Source of the DNA: Octopus bimaculoides
Taxonomy: Eukaryota
Direction: 5' to 3'
DNA length: 54,911 nt
Assembly (NCBI RefSeq): GCF_001194135.2
Contig: NC_068984.1
Location: forward strand, 51,862,673 to 51,917,583
This document shows positions 39,286 to 52,228 of this stretch, piece after piece. Below the pieces are notes generated by a model that saw only the letters and a program-made list of their open reading frames with translations, made no database searches and was not told the DNA's origin. Both the position numbers and the translations under genes were made by a program. The first letter of the stretch is position 1. Each line of letters begins with the position of its first letter.

Positions 39286-40135
39286 CTGAAAGCAGACAAG
39301 GAAATAGTTTTTACTTACTTAAAATAGTGAGTGTGAGACAGGTAGAAGTTACACTATGGAATTAAATTTTTGATTTTGTATAACAACATTTACTTTAATT
39401 TCATAACAACTGCAAATCTATTGGGGTATTTGTGATAGGACAGTGTCCACATGAAGATAATTGGGAAGAAGTGTATTGGAAATAAAATGGACACAACTGT
39501 CAGTATTGATAAGTATGCAAGAGTCACTGTATGTGTTGCTGCATAAAGGCTGTGAGCAGGATATGGAGAAGACTTACCTCATGGAACCAAGAGAAGGGAT
39601 AGTTGTGAGTCGGTTATAAAGAGGATTTGCATTGTGAAATCAACAGAAGGGACAGTCATGAGTGGAATAAAGAAAGGATTTGCCTCATGCAAATTCTGAT
39701 ACAAATACCTCAATCAATAAGGGAAACTTGTAAGCAAAATAGGGAGAATATTTTCCTTGTGGCATCAATTGAAAGGACAGAGAGTTAAGGTAGTTTAGTC
39801 AGATAGTTGTGAGTTGGTGGTATGAAGTACCAGTGTCAGCACCAAGTAGTAAGAGATGTCTTAGAGAATAGTTAGGTCAGACTTCAGAAAATTGCACTCC
39901 AGTTCAGAGAAGAAAACATGGAAGGTTGCAGTACAGATTTATTCAACCAATGCCATCTTGGGAAAATAACAATGATGATGAAAATGATAAAAGGAAAAAA
40001 AAAATCAATTAAAAGAAACAAAATTTACTTTGCAATATATGACAGCAGGTTCAGTCTCATTGGATGTCACCTTGGGCTAGTATCATCTACAGAGACCCAA
40101 AGATGACCAACATCAGCAAGTTAAATTTAGTAAAT

Positions 40136-40416
40136 GGGTGTAGCAGCATTATAGTCAATTGCTACAAAGGTAAAGGTGATGCCTCAGACAGAAATAATTA
40201 CAGTGGCATCAAATTGCTGGACCAGGTGATGAAAGTTACAGAAAAGGTCATAGCTTAATTAGGAAGAGAGTTAGCCTTGATGAGATGCAGTTTGGATTTG
40301 TACCAGGTAAAAGCACCACCAATATTATCTTCCTGGTGTGTTAACTGCAGAAGTATTTGGCCAAAAATAAACTTCTGTATTTGGCTTTTGCTGACATGGA
40401 GAAAGCTTTTGACAGG
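40136..40416 (+). mobile_element. RTE LINE reverse-transcriptase N-terminal fragment in a TMEM138 intron
   Basis: IVNCYKGKGD...NY.GIKLL, MQFGFVPGKSTT and AF.DMEKAFDR, with one frameshift and one stop. Confidence 0.88.
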
Positions 40417-40599
40417 CACTAACATAACTAGAGGGAGACAGTGGGGGTGGTTTTCCCTTGGCAACACTTTTATGGGGATCTGCTGCAGGCTATAAGCCTG
40501 TATAGGCTGTATTCAAATCAAATAATAGTGGTTTTAATGTTGGAACACAGACACTTCTCACCGTTTAGCCATGCTAAAGATAGTGACAATATAACTTAC

Positions 40600-40724
40600 A
40601 TGTATAGAATCAGTAAAACAACATTTTCTAATCTCAGGAGTTCTGTGGCAACATTCATAAAGAAGTCGATGGCAATTAGAAGGGTCTGCAGGAATAAGAT
40701 AGCTTTATATCTGGAGGTCAACAT
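40600..40724 (-). CDS. TMEM138: TMEM138 coding exon 1: MLTSRYKAILFLQTLLIAIDFFMNVATELLRLENVVLLILY(I)
   Basis: ATG at 40724; AT|GTAAGT donor; acceptor at 40748-40749 implies an upstream non-coding exon; matches the TMEM138 N-terminus. Confidence 0.92.
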
Positions 40725-41788
40725 GATACTATGATGGAGACTGGCACCTACAATGAAAATCATTGAAAAGTTTATATAAAAATTGAAATTGATTTTTTTT
40801 TATATAGAGATTATGTAAAGTTGTGATATGATTTTTCTGGTGTGGTTGTTTAGTCTTAATTGAGCAATTGAGTTTCTTTGAAGCAATAAGGAACATTATC
40901 CAAAGTGTCCTACCTTTTTTTAAGCTGGTATTGTAGGGTGTGATTTAAGGGAGATTTGGCTACTATTTCTAGCATGTTGAGCAGCCGTGTAAAGGCTTCT
41001 TTCAAGTAAAGAACAATTGTTTTAGACAAAATCCAGAGCTGAAGCAAATCAATGACTTTCCTCATCAGCAATTAATGCAAGAGAGATAGCAGTAGTTAAA
41101 TAAATGTAGTGATAAAGAATAATGCTTCTGACTACAAGCCCTTTATTGAAGAAAAGAGAGTTCTTCAATCAAAGATCTCAGCTCAAAATGTAGCACTCTT
41201 TCTATGGTAACAATATTTATTTTAACTGCCACACTTCCTCATAGATTAAATGTTGCCAATGTGGGCCCTCACTAGATTTCTCTGATCTGGATGTTACATA
41301 AAGCAATTTTACTTTTAGAGTCAACTCATCTGGAAGAGCTCATTTCAGTTCTAGTGTTTGGCACATATGCACACACACACACACCAGTGTAATACAATTG
41401 CTGTGTCATCATCATCATCATCATCATCAAGCCAGAGGACTGCACCAAGCTCCACAGTGTTTTGGCATGGTTTTTATAGCTGGATGCCCTTCCTAACACC
41501 AACCACTTTACAGAATGGACTGGGTGCTTGATCTACCAATCTTGAGATTTTTTATTGGAAATGGAAACATTTTGTACCAGAATCGCTGGCGTTCCTTTTG
41601 TGAAATCAAATTACGATTGAAACAAAGAAATTTAATTATGAAAGTAGACTCAGCTGGATGCAGATGGTTAATGAATGCACATCTCCCTCAAATCACAGCC
41701 TGGAGTCTCGAAGAGTTTTAAAGAAGGACACATTGGAAGCGGAGAGAAACACTTGTAGTGTATGACTTAAGGGAAACTTTTCTCTCTC

Positions 41789-42619
41789 TGTTATATATAC
41801 ATAAATACGGACAAAGTAGATAACAGCTAGCCTTCGGCTGTACCTTTGGACCCTGTTGTGTCCACTACTCTGATTGGTTGGTATTGGCGCAGTTTGTCAC
41901 TTGTTCTATTGCATGCCAAGATGCAACCCAACCAATCGCAGCCTTCAGATAAGGTCATGTGAGACAGTATTTTCTAAACTTCTGGTGAACTGACAGAATG
42001 TTATAAAAGCTAGCTTCTCACCGCCCCATATGTCTTGTCAGCTCCAGACCTTCTGAGGTCTAGCCACCGACCATACAGCCAGTTCCAGCGACGACACAAC
42101 AGCAGCTACATGGAGACTCATCAACACTTTGTCCAGTAGCATTCAGGACCTCCATCTTCTTAGCGTCAACATCATCTCTCTATGTACACACCAACCAGTA
42201 ACGCTCGCACAGGTTCTCCACACTGTTTGTGAATTACTTCACCATGTTTAACAGCAAATACAAGCTGCGAGAACCGGCAGCAGCATTGTAGCCATAGCTT
42301 CTTGTATGACATGTGCCTCTCCCCGGCTCTGCATTGCTGCCTCAACTTCTTGATACAGCACCTCAACTACTGTGTACCTTGACTACGAACTGGTATTTAT
42401 CATCCTAGTGTCTGGACATTCTTATAATGTCATTATAGACTCTTTCTATGCTCTGTACTTATTGCACATGCATACATCGTTTTTGCACGTACACTTTGTA
42501 TACATGTCTATTATGTTTATATGTCGCACGCACAGACACACATGTTAACATATAAATAAAATCTTCTCTTAAACATTCTACCGGTTGTGCCTCTCTTTTC
42601 CTTCTGGCACTTATACACA
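41789..42619 (+). mobile_element. Putative solo LTR
   Basis: TG..CA termini, TATAAAA at 42002, AATAAA at 42555, higher GC than flanks; no clear TSD. Confidence 0.45.
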
Positions 42620-42799
42620 TTTAACCCTTTTCCTTCCATGAACTATGTATGGAATTGTGAAGCACCCAGCAAGTGCAAAACACATTTTCCTACACACTCA
42701 TTTTAGAGGCCAGCTTGGGGCCAAACAACAACCCATTCGAAAATGTTTTACTAAGCTTAAGTAATGCGTGCAACAGTTGCTGACTTTGGAGGAATTTAT

Positions 42800-45700
42800 A
42801 GTGGATTCTTACACAATGGACGCCAATTATTACGATCAGGGAAAATAGTATCAAACGATTATTGTTATCAAAATTAACGGGTCCATTCCAAAACAAACTT
42901 AAGATATCGTTATAGTCTCTGCTTTATGTTATCAGCAGGTTATTCTTATCTAAAATGCTCCGTCCCCCAAAGTGATTACAATAGGTGGTTTCCACTGTAT
43001 AAGGTATGAGAACAATAAAATAATTTAGAAAGAATTAACTGAATTAAAAATAAGAGATTGTACACGAAAAATTACAGAAAAACAGAAGTATGCGTACAAT
43101 AACTAGAGTCCTAGTAAAATTCTTATATAACAACTTATAAAACAATGATCAGACTGAGAAGAGATGTCAATCGCCAATTTGGCATAACGAAAGATCGCCG
43201 TTAATTTGTTTCCTTTCCAAAGTATTATTTATTCAGTGATTTTTAATTAGAAGAACAGAAAACGGAATATTCATCAGCATTTAACAAACTTTCATATCAA
43301 TAACAGGATTAAGTTAAATATTTTAAAAATAAAGCTGCTTTTCATAATTGTTTAAAAATTCTACGATAATAATTGTTGACATTTAAATAAAAACCAAGTT
43401 TGAAAACTTTTTCTTCGAAAATATTAGTTATTTACACTGTGAAAATTAATTAGAAGAATTGGAAACTGAATTTTCATCAGAGTTCTACTTACATTCATAT
43501 CAGTAAATGAGTTAAGTAAAACATTTTAAAAGTAAAGTTGCTATTTGTAATTATCATCTTTGATAAGAGATTTATCTTGTTTATAGTAACGAAACGGTGA
43601 GCGGTGATTTTTAAATTAGGAGCACACTTAAATTTATCTAATATTAGTAAGAATTTCTAAAGAAAAATACTTCTTTGTAATTTACTTATAGAATAAAATA
43701 ATACCAAAAAATGTTGTTATTCAATAAAAATAGTTAAAGTTTCATAAAATATTTGTCTATACAGTAAATAATATTTATTCCCAATTATGAAACGATTTAA
43801 ACATTCATTAGGAATAGAAAAAACTATGTCACCGTATGTATCACGTCACATATCAACAGTAACTGAATGGCGGGAAGGGAATGTGAGAGTTTGGAAATAT
43901 ACAACGAATGGTTATTTTCAATGAAACATATGCTGCAGTGATATAAATGTACAGAAATAGAGGAGGACACTCCTCTTACTGATTATATGATACATCTTCG
44001 AGGTATTATTAACTTTTAGTTACTTTATTTTTATTTATAATTCAATGTTTTGTTTTCCCTATGTAGTTAATCTACTTTTCAGTCTACTTATTGTTGTTTA
44101 CAGTATTTGACAAAAAGTGTTTATCCGTTGTATTTAATAAAGTAGTTTAGAGTGTATCTACTTGATCACAAATTTCGTTTCAGTGATTTTGCTCGTTATT
44201 TTGCCAATGTGTTCTGTGTTAAAACGATGTTTTGATGTGACGTTCTCAGCCGGCTGTAGCTGTTGCTTCTATCTAAAATAATTTGTTCGATGATTAGCGG
44301 CTTAGTTAATTCATTTCATTAAAAATGTGCAGTATTACATAAAAACTTCTTATAGATCCTTTATTGACAGTGAAATTAATCAAGGGATTCAGCACGGTAT
44401 AGAAACTAATTCGAACCTGCAAATTACACTGTTTCACAACAAATTGTTTTTTACTTCAAATGTCACGATGCTTATTTTGCCCTATCGCTGAATTACCCTT
44501 TTGATGATGAAATATACCATTTGTGTTGACGATCTTGTATTATTTTTATTTCTGAAACTATTGTCCGTGCAACAATTGACGATATTCATTCTTAGTATCC
44601 TATTACGTATAATATACTTTGTGTTACCAAAAATTGTTGGCGACTTTTTATACGTTGTTAAGAGGTTGCTACGATTTGTTTTTATCTGTTCTATGGTCAA
44701 AATGACATAGAGATCTAAAAATAATTTTCTTAATGCGCGTCTGGACACAAAATTTTACTCTAATGAATGACTGCAATCGATTAACAAACCTAATGCAATG
44801 TTGATGCTGAAAATTACGTTGAAACTAATACCGGTGTAGCAACCAACTTGCACTGTAATTTGACATCCAGCTGAAGCCGGAAATTTGAGTATGTGTGGCT
44901 ATATTAATAAAAAATTTCTTTCGCGATCTGTATAACGCATGTCGATTAATTCTATTTTCGGATGCTAGTGTAATATGGATGGGCAACTTTCCCAGACGAT
45001 CGATAAAACAAAAACGTGTGCTGTATGTACGGTATTCACAAGCTATGAACTATTAATGTGATAAGTTTGAGGTAGTGTTAGACAGGTTTTATGGAGTTTG
45101 GTTAATATTTAATTTTAATTGTTAGAAGTTTTGCAGTTTAATTCTATTTAGCTAACAAAAATGATTTCTGATTTAGGCATAAAGTTAGTTGTTTTTTTGA
45201 GGGGAAGAGATAAGTCGATATCATCGCCTCCAGTATGTAGATGTTACTGTATTTTATTGACCCGGTGAGATATGAACTGAAAAAAATATGGAAAGATATT
45301 TCTGTCCGAAGCTCTAACAATTCTGCCAAGCTCGCTGCTTGGGGTTAACAATAATAATATAAAATTTCAAACTTTGAGAAAGCCGATATCTCAGTTACTG
45401 TGAAATGAAATAGCCACTTATAACTAGAAACTGTTGCTTGTAATCAAATAATTTTATTTGGCTAAAATATTCAACTCGAACATTTGAAGTACAAATGTAA
45501 ACGTGCCCGTTTCTAGTGTAAAAGGTTCGTTGTTAGCTTCCAGCTAGTGTACCACAATGCGTCTGAACCTGAAGTAACGATAAACATTGCACTTCAAAGA
45601 TTTAGTCTTTTTGTTGCTTCCTAACGTGGAAATTAGACGGTGGAATCATGACTTCTTCAGTCACTGGATCAAAACCGAACTGTTCTTGTTGACATGCATA

Positions 45701-46450
45701 ATGGGTCCAACTTCACAAAATGTCTCAGCAGCAGTTATTTGAAAAAAAAACAAAAAACAAAAAAACATCCAGAGCTTTTTGGGGTCAGATTCTCTAAAAG
45801 TTGACATGGTAATTAATCAACAGTGGCACTCTCTTGCCCTATCATGCTATTAGCTGTCAGAAGTGAAAGTGCTCACTGCTAGTGAAGTATCTGTCTGTCT
45901 GCCTGCCTGCCTGCATGCCTGTTGCTGGTTTGAGTCGATTCTTTGGCTACTGACAGCTAATACCATGACTGGCCGGAGCGAGCTATATGTCTGTCTGTCT
46001 GTCTCTCTCTCTATCTATCTATCTATCTATTACTCGAAAGTTCGCGCGTCCGCGCTAGCTAGTCGTGAGTGGTCGATCCTATTATTTTTAAACTTCAAAC
46101 TTCATTTGTTTTCTATTTTGATAAATTCTCTCTGTTGAAAATTATATTTTTATATTTTAAATAATTTGCAATTTCAGGAAATATGTTTTTATATTAAATT
46201 TGTGTTTTCTACTCACGACTAGCTAGCGCGGACGCGCGAACTTTCGAGTAATAGATAGATAGATAGAGAGAGAGACAGACAGACATATAGCTCGCTCCGG
46301 CCAGTCATGATATTAGCTGTCAGTAGCCAAAGAATCGACAGGCCAGCAACAGGCAGGCAGACAGACAGGCAGACAGACAGATACTTCACTAGCAGTGAGC
46401 ACTTTCACTTCTGACAGCTAATAGCATGATAGTGCCCACTCTCTTTGCGA
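42800..46450. promoter_or_regulatory. CpG-retaining region, likely divergent promoter and first exons of TMEM138 (-) and TUBGCP2 (+)
   Basis: CG dinucleotides are visibly more frequent than in flanking introns; TCACGTCAC (CRE-like) near 43841, ATGGCG near 43867, candidate + donor GAG|GTATTA at 44003; both genes need an upstream non-coding exon. Confidence 0.5.
45836..46436. mobile_element. Foldback/Mutator-like element with ~230-bp inverted arms
   Basis: Arms 45836-46070 and 46211-46436; 140-bp AT-rich spacer; 9-bp direct repeat CACTCTCTT on both flanks. Confidence 0.85.
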
Positions 46451-48417
46451 GAAATAATTTGTTGTTTGGTCATCAGCATATTTAATACAAGCATAGCGAT
46501 GTGTATATCAGTTTAACTTAAGTGACATTTGACTCTTATTTATTGTTGGAATTAAAACATCTCTGTAAAACTTCTTCATGTAAAGACTGTCCTGTTAAGT
46601 GATGCTGAAAGTTAGTCTTTCATGCAGTGTCTGTTCAATCACAGTGCAACCAAGGAATCCAGACGTATGGAAGAGTTCCCTTAAAACTAACATGGGTAAT
46701 CTTTTTTTTCAGAAGCAAGCCACTAGAGACATAGTACATTGTCAGGTGGGCCACGCTAAAAAAAAAAAAAAAAAAAAATTGAAGGTAATTTTTTGTTAGA
46801 TGTGTCATTCAGAAAGTCTCCAGAACTACAGGTTGCTCATGACTGACCTAAAACATCATCATCATCATCATTATCCTTTAAAGTCCATTTTCCATGCTGG
46901 CATGGGTTGGACTGTTTAACCAGAGCTGGCAAGCAGGATTGCTGCATCGGGTTCTAATCTGATTTGGCTTGGTTTCCTCAGCTGAATGCCCTTCCTAATG
47001 TCAGTCACTTTACAGAGTGTGCTAGGTGCTTTTTACATGGCACTGGCACTAGGTTCTTGCAAGCCAATCCTCTTTAGCAGAGGGAGTAGCATTGACACAA
47101 TGTTTTTGACAGCTTTCCTGAACAAAGAAAGTGTTATTGCTCTCTAGAGGGGTCCATTTAGTAATTCTACTTGACTTTCTCCAGCATGGACTTTGTATAA
47201 TAAATAGTATTGTTGTTTAAAATACATACTGACAACACAAGACATAAACTGAGATCCTCAATCTGAGTAGCTTGAAACTGGAACACAAATCTAAAGGCTA
47301 TATTTGATGATGACAAATTAGTGTTGGAGTTATATCTGAGCATACAAAGCCAAACCTTGAGTATCCATCTATAACCATTAGAAGTAGTAAGTGTTAGATA
47401 ATGGTAAAAAGAAAATCTTTGAAGTTGACACTGATATGCTCAAATGGTAGTATGGACCTGGTCAGTGTTGTATGAGGAAGATGGTGTAATCATGGTTTCA
47501 ATTCGTAGTATGCAATCTATTTGTCATGTTTTTTTGTTGTTGTTAATCGATCTATGTTCTTAGATCTAACCATAGTCTCATAATTGAGTCACAATAGGAT
47601 AACATAAAAGCTTGTGTGTATCTGGGAGATGTTATAAAGGATTCATTAGTACAAGCATCAATAGCTGTGCTTCTACAGTACTTACTTCATTAGATTATTG
47701 TTAATAATGAAAATATTAAATTAAAATAATTTTCTAAGCAACTTTTGCATTTGAACACTAAATATATATATATATATCATGATGATGATGATATATATAT
47801 ATACATAAAACAAAGCACCCCCACACGTCAGTCTCTTTTTTCCCTAGTATTTTGGCTGCCAAATGCAAGGACATGCTGCAAGTTCTAAACCATAAGATAA
47901 CCAACTTAACATAAGTGGAATGATCACTTTGAGAGAGAGAGAGAGAGATGGTTCTCTGTTCCTACTACCATAAAGTTTTAGTTATTTTTGATACTTATAA
48001 AATGGCATATCATGAATTATCTGATTTCATAAATCCTACTTTTCCTGCTGATATCTACTTTTCAGTTAAGAAGCTTGAAAGAATCTTTTAAAATTTACTG
48101 ATTCTGTCAGGAAGGAGAGATAGATTCTAATTTTAGTTGTGTACATAGTGAATGATGTTAATATATTTAAATGAGCGACAGTACATCTTTCTCTATCCTT
48201 ATTTTTCTTTTTACATATTTTGGCAGATAACAAGCCTTTTTTTTTTTTTTACCTCAAAAGAATCAGCTGCAGTTAGCAAAGGCATTGAGTAAATTAAAAT
48301 GTTATTTCTATGAATGTAGCACATGTGAATCCAAAGATACAGACAGCTATTATAGCTAGCACATGATAGAGGAGTAGATTAAATACTTTGTAAATGTTAC
48401 TGTGAAAGAATTAGTGT

Positions 48418-48606
48418 TTACTCTTTTACTTGTTTCAGTCATTTGACCGCCCATGCTGGAGCACCGCCTTTAGTCGAGAAAATCGACCCCAGGACTTATT
48501 CTTTGTAAGCCTAGTACTTATTCTATCGGTCTCTTTTTGCCGAACGGCTAAGTTACAGGGACTTAAACACACCAGCATTGGTTGTCAAGCGATGGAGGGG
48601 GGACAA

Positions 48607-48637
<31 letters not shown>

Positions 48638-48805
48638 CATATATACAACGAACTTCTTTCAGTTTCCGTCTACCAAATCCACTCAAGGCTTTGGTCGGCC
48701 CGAGGCTATAGTAGAAGACACTTGCTCAAGGTGCCACGCAGTGGGACTGAACCTGGAACCATGTGGTTGGTAAGCAAGCTACTTACCACACAGCCACTCC
48801 TGCGC
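48418..48805 (-). mobile_element. SINE family B (young)
   Basis: Full length, CpG-rich, near-identical to 15517. Confidence 0.9.
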
Positions 48806-49434
48806 AATTTTTAGTCAGATACTTTGAAGAATCTAGTGGTGGTCTGTTTCCTCCCAGATTATTTAGTGATGTTAATGAATTTGGATATATTTAGTTACCA
48901 TGGTGAGAAAATATTTACAAGACTTCCATTTCATTTAAGAGAAAAAACCCAATTTTTTTTTTTTTCCTATTTGCTGGGTTTTGAAAAAGGGGGCACTATA
49001 CCCCTGGCTTTTGTAGATGCTCTTAGACAGTAAAATTGCAAGTCATTACTTGAAAGACATAAACAGTGAGGGAATTTTAGAGGGCCACCATTCTAGAAAG
49101 GAAGTGCAAACTGATTAGTATGATGTTGGACACAATTTGGGTGATAAGAGGAGAGGTGGCTAGTGGGACAAGAATGCACGAGTGGAAGTACTATGAGCCC
49201 AGCTAGCTATGAAAAACAAGACCATTATAGTTAGAGGATGAAGGGCAGAGAGAGGAAACAATGCATACATAGACGAGAGGCTGGAGAGTGTTTGTTAAGC
49301 TAATCAATTGGGTGTTTTCTTTTTCTGTATTTGGTCTAGGATGTCTGAGCTTTGTAGAGTATTGATAAAAGTCAGGAGATGTATCTGCTCATATTGAGGT
49401 GAAGGGCTGATCATTGAGATGCAGTCCATGTTAA

Positions 49435-49647
49435 CCCTTTAGCATTTAAATGAGTCATATCCAGCCCAAATATTCTGTCTTAGGTTCAAAGTGGCCAGAT
49501 CTGGCCTTTCATACCTATCTTACAATGTCATTCTAAAAATAAGCAATGGATCATTAAAATGTCAAAGCTACAAGATAATGCATGATTGATTCAAAATAAT
49601 GTGAATAAATAAGCATTACATTTGACAGAAATATAACTGCTAAATGG
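49435..49647 (-). mobile_element. piggyBac-like MITE family 1
   Basis: TTAA|CCCTTTAGCATT ... TGCTAAATGG|TTAA. Confidence 0.75.
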
Positions 49648-50705
49648 TTAAGGATGTGCTTTTGCCAAAAGAAAACCTTCATGATAGACTTAACAATTGG
49701 TGTTATTGTAAGAGCTCTAATTGGGATCTACTCCTGATTAAGGAGGATGTGGTGATATGAGAAGTAATTGCATTTTCTTATTGAAAGAGACAAGATTAGT
49801 TTAACACCCCTTGGAGATGTTTTTGAGGTCTTTAATCATGGAGTCAGTATGGGTTGCAAGTGGCTGTTGCATGGTTGGAGAATGTTAAGGAGAAATCATG
49901 GGTATGTTATATGTGTAAAAGTGGATGTAGTTGGACATTGCTATGGCAGCAAGTCATTGATATATAAAAGAAACAGAGTGGGGATCAAAAAGCTTAGGGT
50001 CTGCTGGAATTGGTAGAATGAGAGACATAAAGAGGTCTGTCAAAACATGTTACAATAGTGTGGTCTGATTGGAAGCTACTGATACAAGTGATGGGTGGAG
50101 CCCCACAGGCAGGCAATTTTGATTGGGGACTTGCAATCCAGACACAGTCAAAAGCTTTTCTGATGAGGTCAACAGTATAGCTTTTACCAAATTTCTCAAA
50201 ATTAAGAGCCCACTTATGGGTGATGGAGTGGAGTAGGTTAGTGGATCTGGTGTAACTGACAAATGGTTATTAAAGAGAGAGAGAGTAATGGTTGTCTTCA
50301 ATACCTGAGATACATTAGAAATAAGTAAAGTAGCTAGTAGGATGAGAGAGGTTTTCTTTCTTGGGAATGGGACATACTGTAGTGTTCCTGAAGATCAAGA
50401 TTGATATCTGCAGAGAGGAAAAGATTGAATTGTTTGGCTAGTTCTGGGTTGTGGTGTTTCGGGGTAACAAGGGATATTTTCAGGAGTGGTAGCCTTGTTG
50501 GTTTGAAGCAACTGAAAGTACTTTTGTACTTGGGATGTGTGTATGCAAAGTGGTGAACCTGAAAGGGAAAGGAATTGGAGATTTGCTCAGAGTGTACAAT
50601 GTAGAGTTGGTAGCAAAGTGGACAGCAAAAGTGGAGGCTTTGTCTTCCGAGATTCTTCTCACAGAAGTATTATTCAGTTCTATATTTAAGAGGTGAGGAA
50701 TTATG

Positions 50706-51500
50706 TACATTATTTACATTTGACGGATATTTGTTCTCATCTTGTTTGTTGTTAACACAGCGTTTCGGCTGATATACCCTCCAGCTTTCATCAGGTGTCT
50801 TGGGGAACTTTCCAACTTGGGTTCTCATTCCTAAGGTATTTTTCGATGTTATCATTATTATTTTTAGTATTATTCAAGGTCACTGCCTGGAATCGAACTC
50901 GGAATCTTGGGGTTAGTACTCTTAACCACTACGCCATATGCCTGTGGGCAATTATGGAGTGAATTTTTAGGGCTTATAAATCTAATATTTTCCTACCCTT
51001 CCTTAATACCGGTTCCCATATGTTCTTCATATCTGCACTCGGTCTGCTCAGGAGGTTGTGTCCTAGCATATGTTGCTGCTTCTTTTAGTTTTTGTATTTT
51101 CCAGTGGTGTTCTCTGTCTATTATTTTAACTTCATCCCACAGGGGAAGGTGGTCTCCNNNNNNNNNNCCATTTTTCCATACATGATCAGCTATACCCGAT
51201 TTATCAATATCTCCTCATGTCACAGCTTTGCAATGTTCCTCTACCCTTATTTTGAGTGGGCAGCATGTTTCACCTTTGTATAACCTACCACAGCTGCATG
51301 TTTTTGGTCATATTCTCTTCTATTGGTGGTTTTACCTGAAGGAGACATTTGCGAAGTATTATTGTTGAGAAATAAGATTTCGTAAAGTTGGGGAAAATCC
51401 ATTTGTGAAAGGATAACTTGAACACGATACAATGCATGCAGTCATGTTTTGTTGGATAAATGTCTTTTTGAATGGGTGAGTTTTGCCAGATGTTGTAGAC
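50706..51500 (-). mobile_element. Penelope-like element fragment (GIY-YIG endonuclease plus terminal repeat with tRNA-like head)
   Basis: CSCGRLYKGETCCPLKIRVEEH..KSGIADHVW..H.P.WDEVKIIDREHHWKIQKLKEA at ~51310-51070; A-box at 50926-50936 and B-box at 50889-50898. Confidence 0.8.
50754..50799 (-). ncRNA. Minimal hammerhead-ribozyme-like motif (degenerate)
   Basis: GACAC-CUGAUGA-A-AGCUG(loop)CAGCC-GAAAC-GCU-GUGUU: both core boxes, stem I and stem II present; cleavage triplet non-canonical. Confidence 0.55.
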
Positions 51501-51560
51501 CTTGCTTTTTGCCTGAACTTCAGCTCAACTATGAGTGAAACACTTTATTCTTGTATTCTT

Positions 51561-51941
51561 TTACGCATTTCAGTCATTTGACTGCGGCCATGCTGGAGCA
51601 CCACCTTAAAGGGGTTTTTTTAGTCAAAGAAATTGACCCCAGGACTTATTCTTTGTAAGCCTAGTACTTATTCTATTGGCCCCTTTTGCCAAACTTGCTA
51701 GGTTGCAGTGACATAAACACATCACCATTGGTTGTCAAATGATGGTAGTGGGGACAAAGATACACCCACCCACACACACACATGACAGGCTTTTTTTCAG
51801 TTTCCACCTACCAAATCTACTCAAGGTTTTTGTTGACCTGAGACTAGTAAAAGGCACTTGCCCAAGGTGCCACACAGTGGGACTGAACCTGAAACTATGT
51901 GGTTGGGAAGCAATCTTCTTATTACAAAGCCATGCCTGCAT
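51561..51941 (-). mobile_element. SINE family B
   Basis: Full-length homology to the other copies. Confidence 0.85.
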
Positions 51942-52228
51942 CTACTTGAGGGCATTGGATTTTTGCTGTGTGCTGGATGTGGTGGGACTTGCTTAAAAAT
52001 GATAGTTTCAGTCATCACCCATTCTAGCTGTTACTGATGAATCAAAAGTGAAACACATTTTTGTTAGGACAGTAGCATAAAATTGGCAGGGTTGTGACCT
52101 GTTGGTTGACTTGAAGTATCATAGAGTGTGTGGCAAAGCAGGTATTGTTTGGTATGTGGATGCGTGTGGTGTAGTTGTGATGAGGCAGTAGTTGGATGAC
52201 CCAATTGGTACAGGGATGATTACAGTAG

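Noticed and set aside
40450-40465. RFX X-box-like GTTTTCCCTTGGCAAC in a TMEM138 intron
   Set aside because: Only one good half-site and wrong spacing; expected by chance.
42690-42896. Minus ORF FWNGPVNFDNNNRLILFSLIVIIGVHC with a GTAAGA donor
   Set aside because: No recognisable homology, no ATG, poor acceptor; may instead be a TMEM138 5' UTR exon.
44975-45022. Mini-exon MDGQLSQTIDKTKTCA with a GTATGT donor and CAVC-like motif
   Set aside because: It cannot join TUBGCP2 in frame, and I found no supporting downstream exons.
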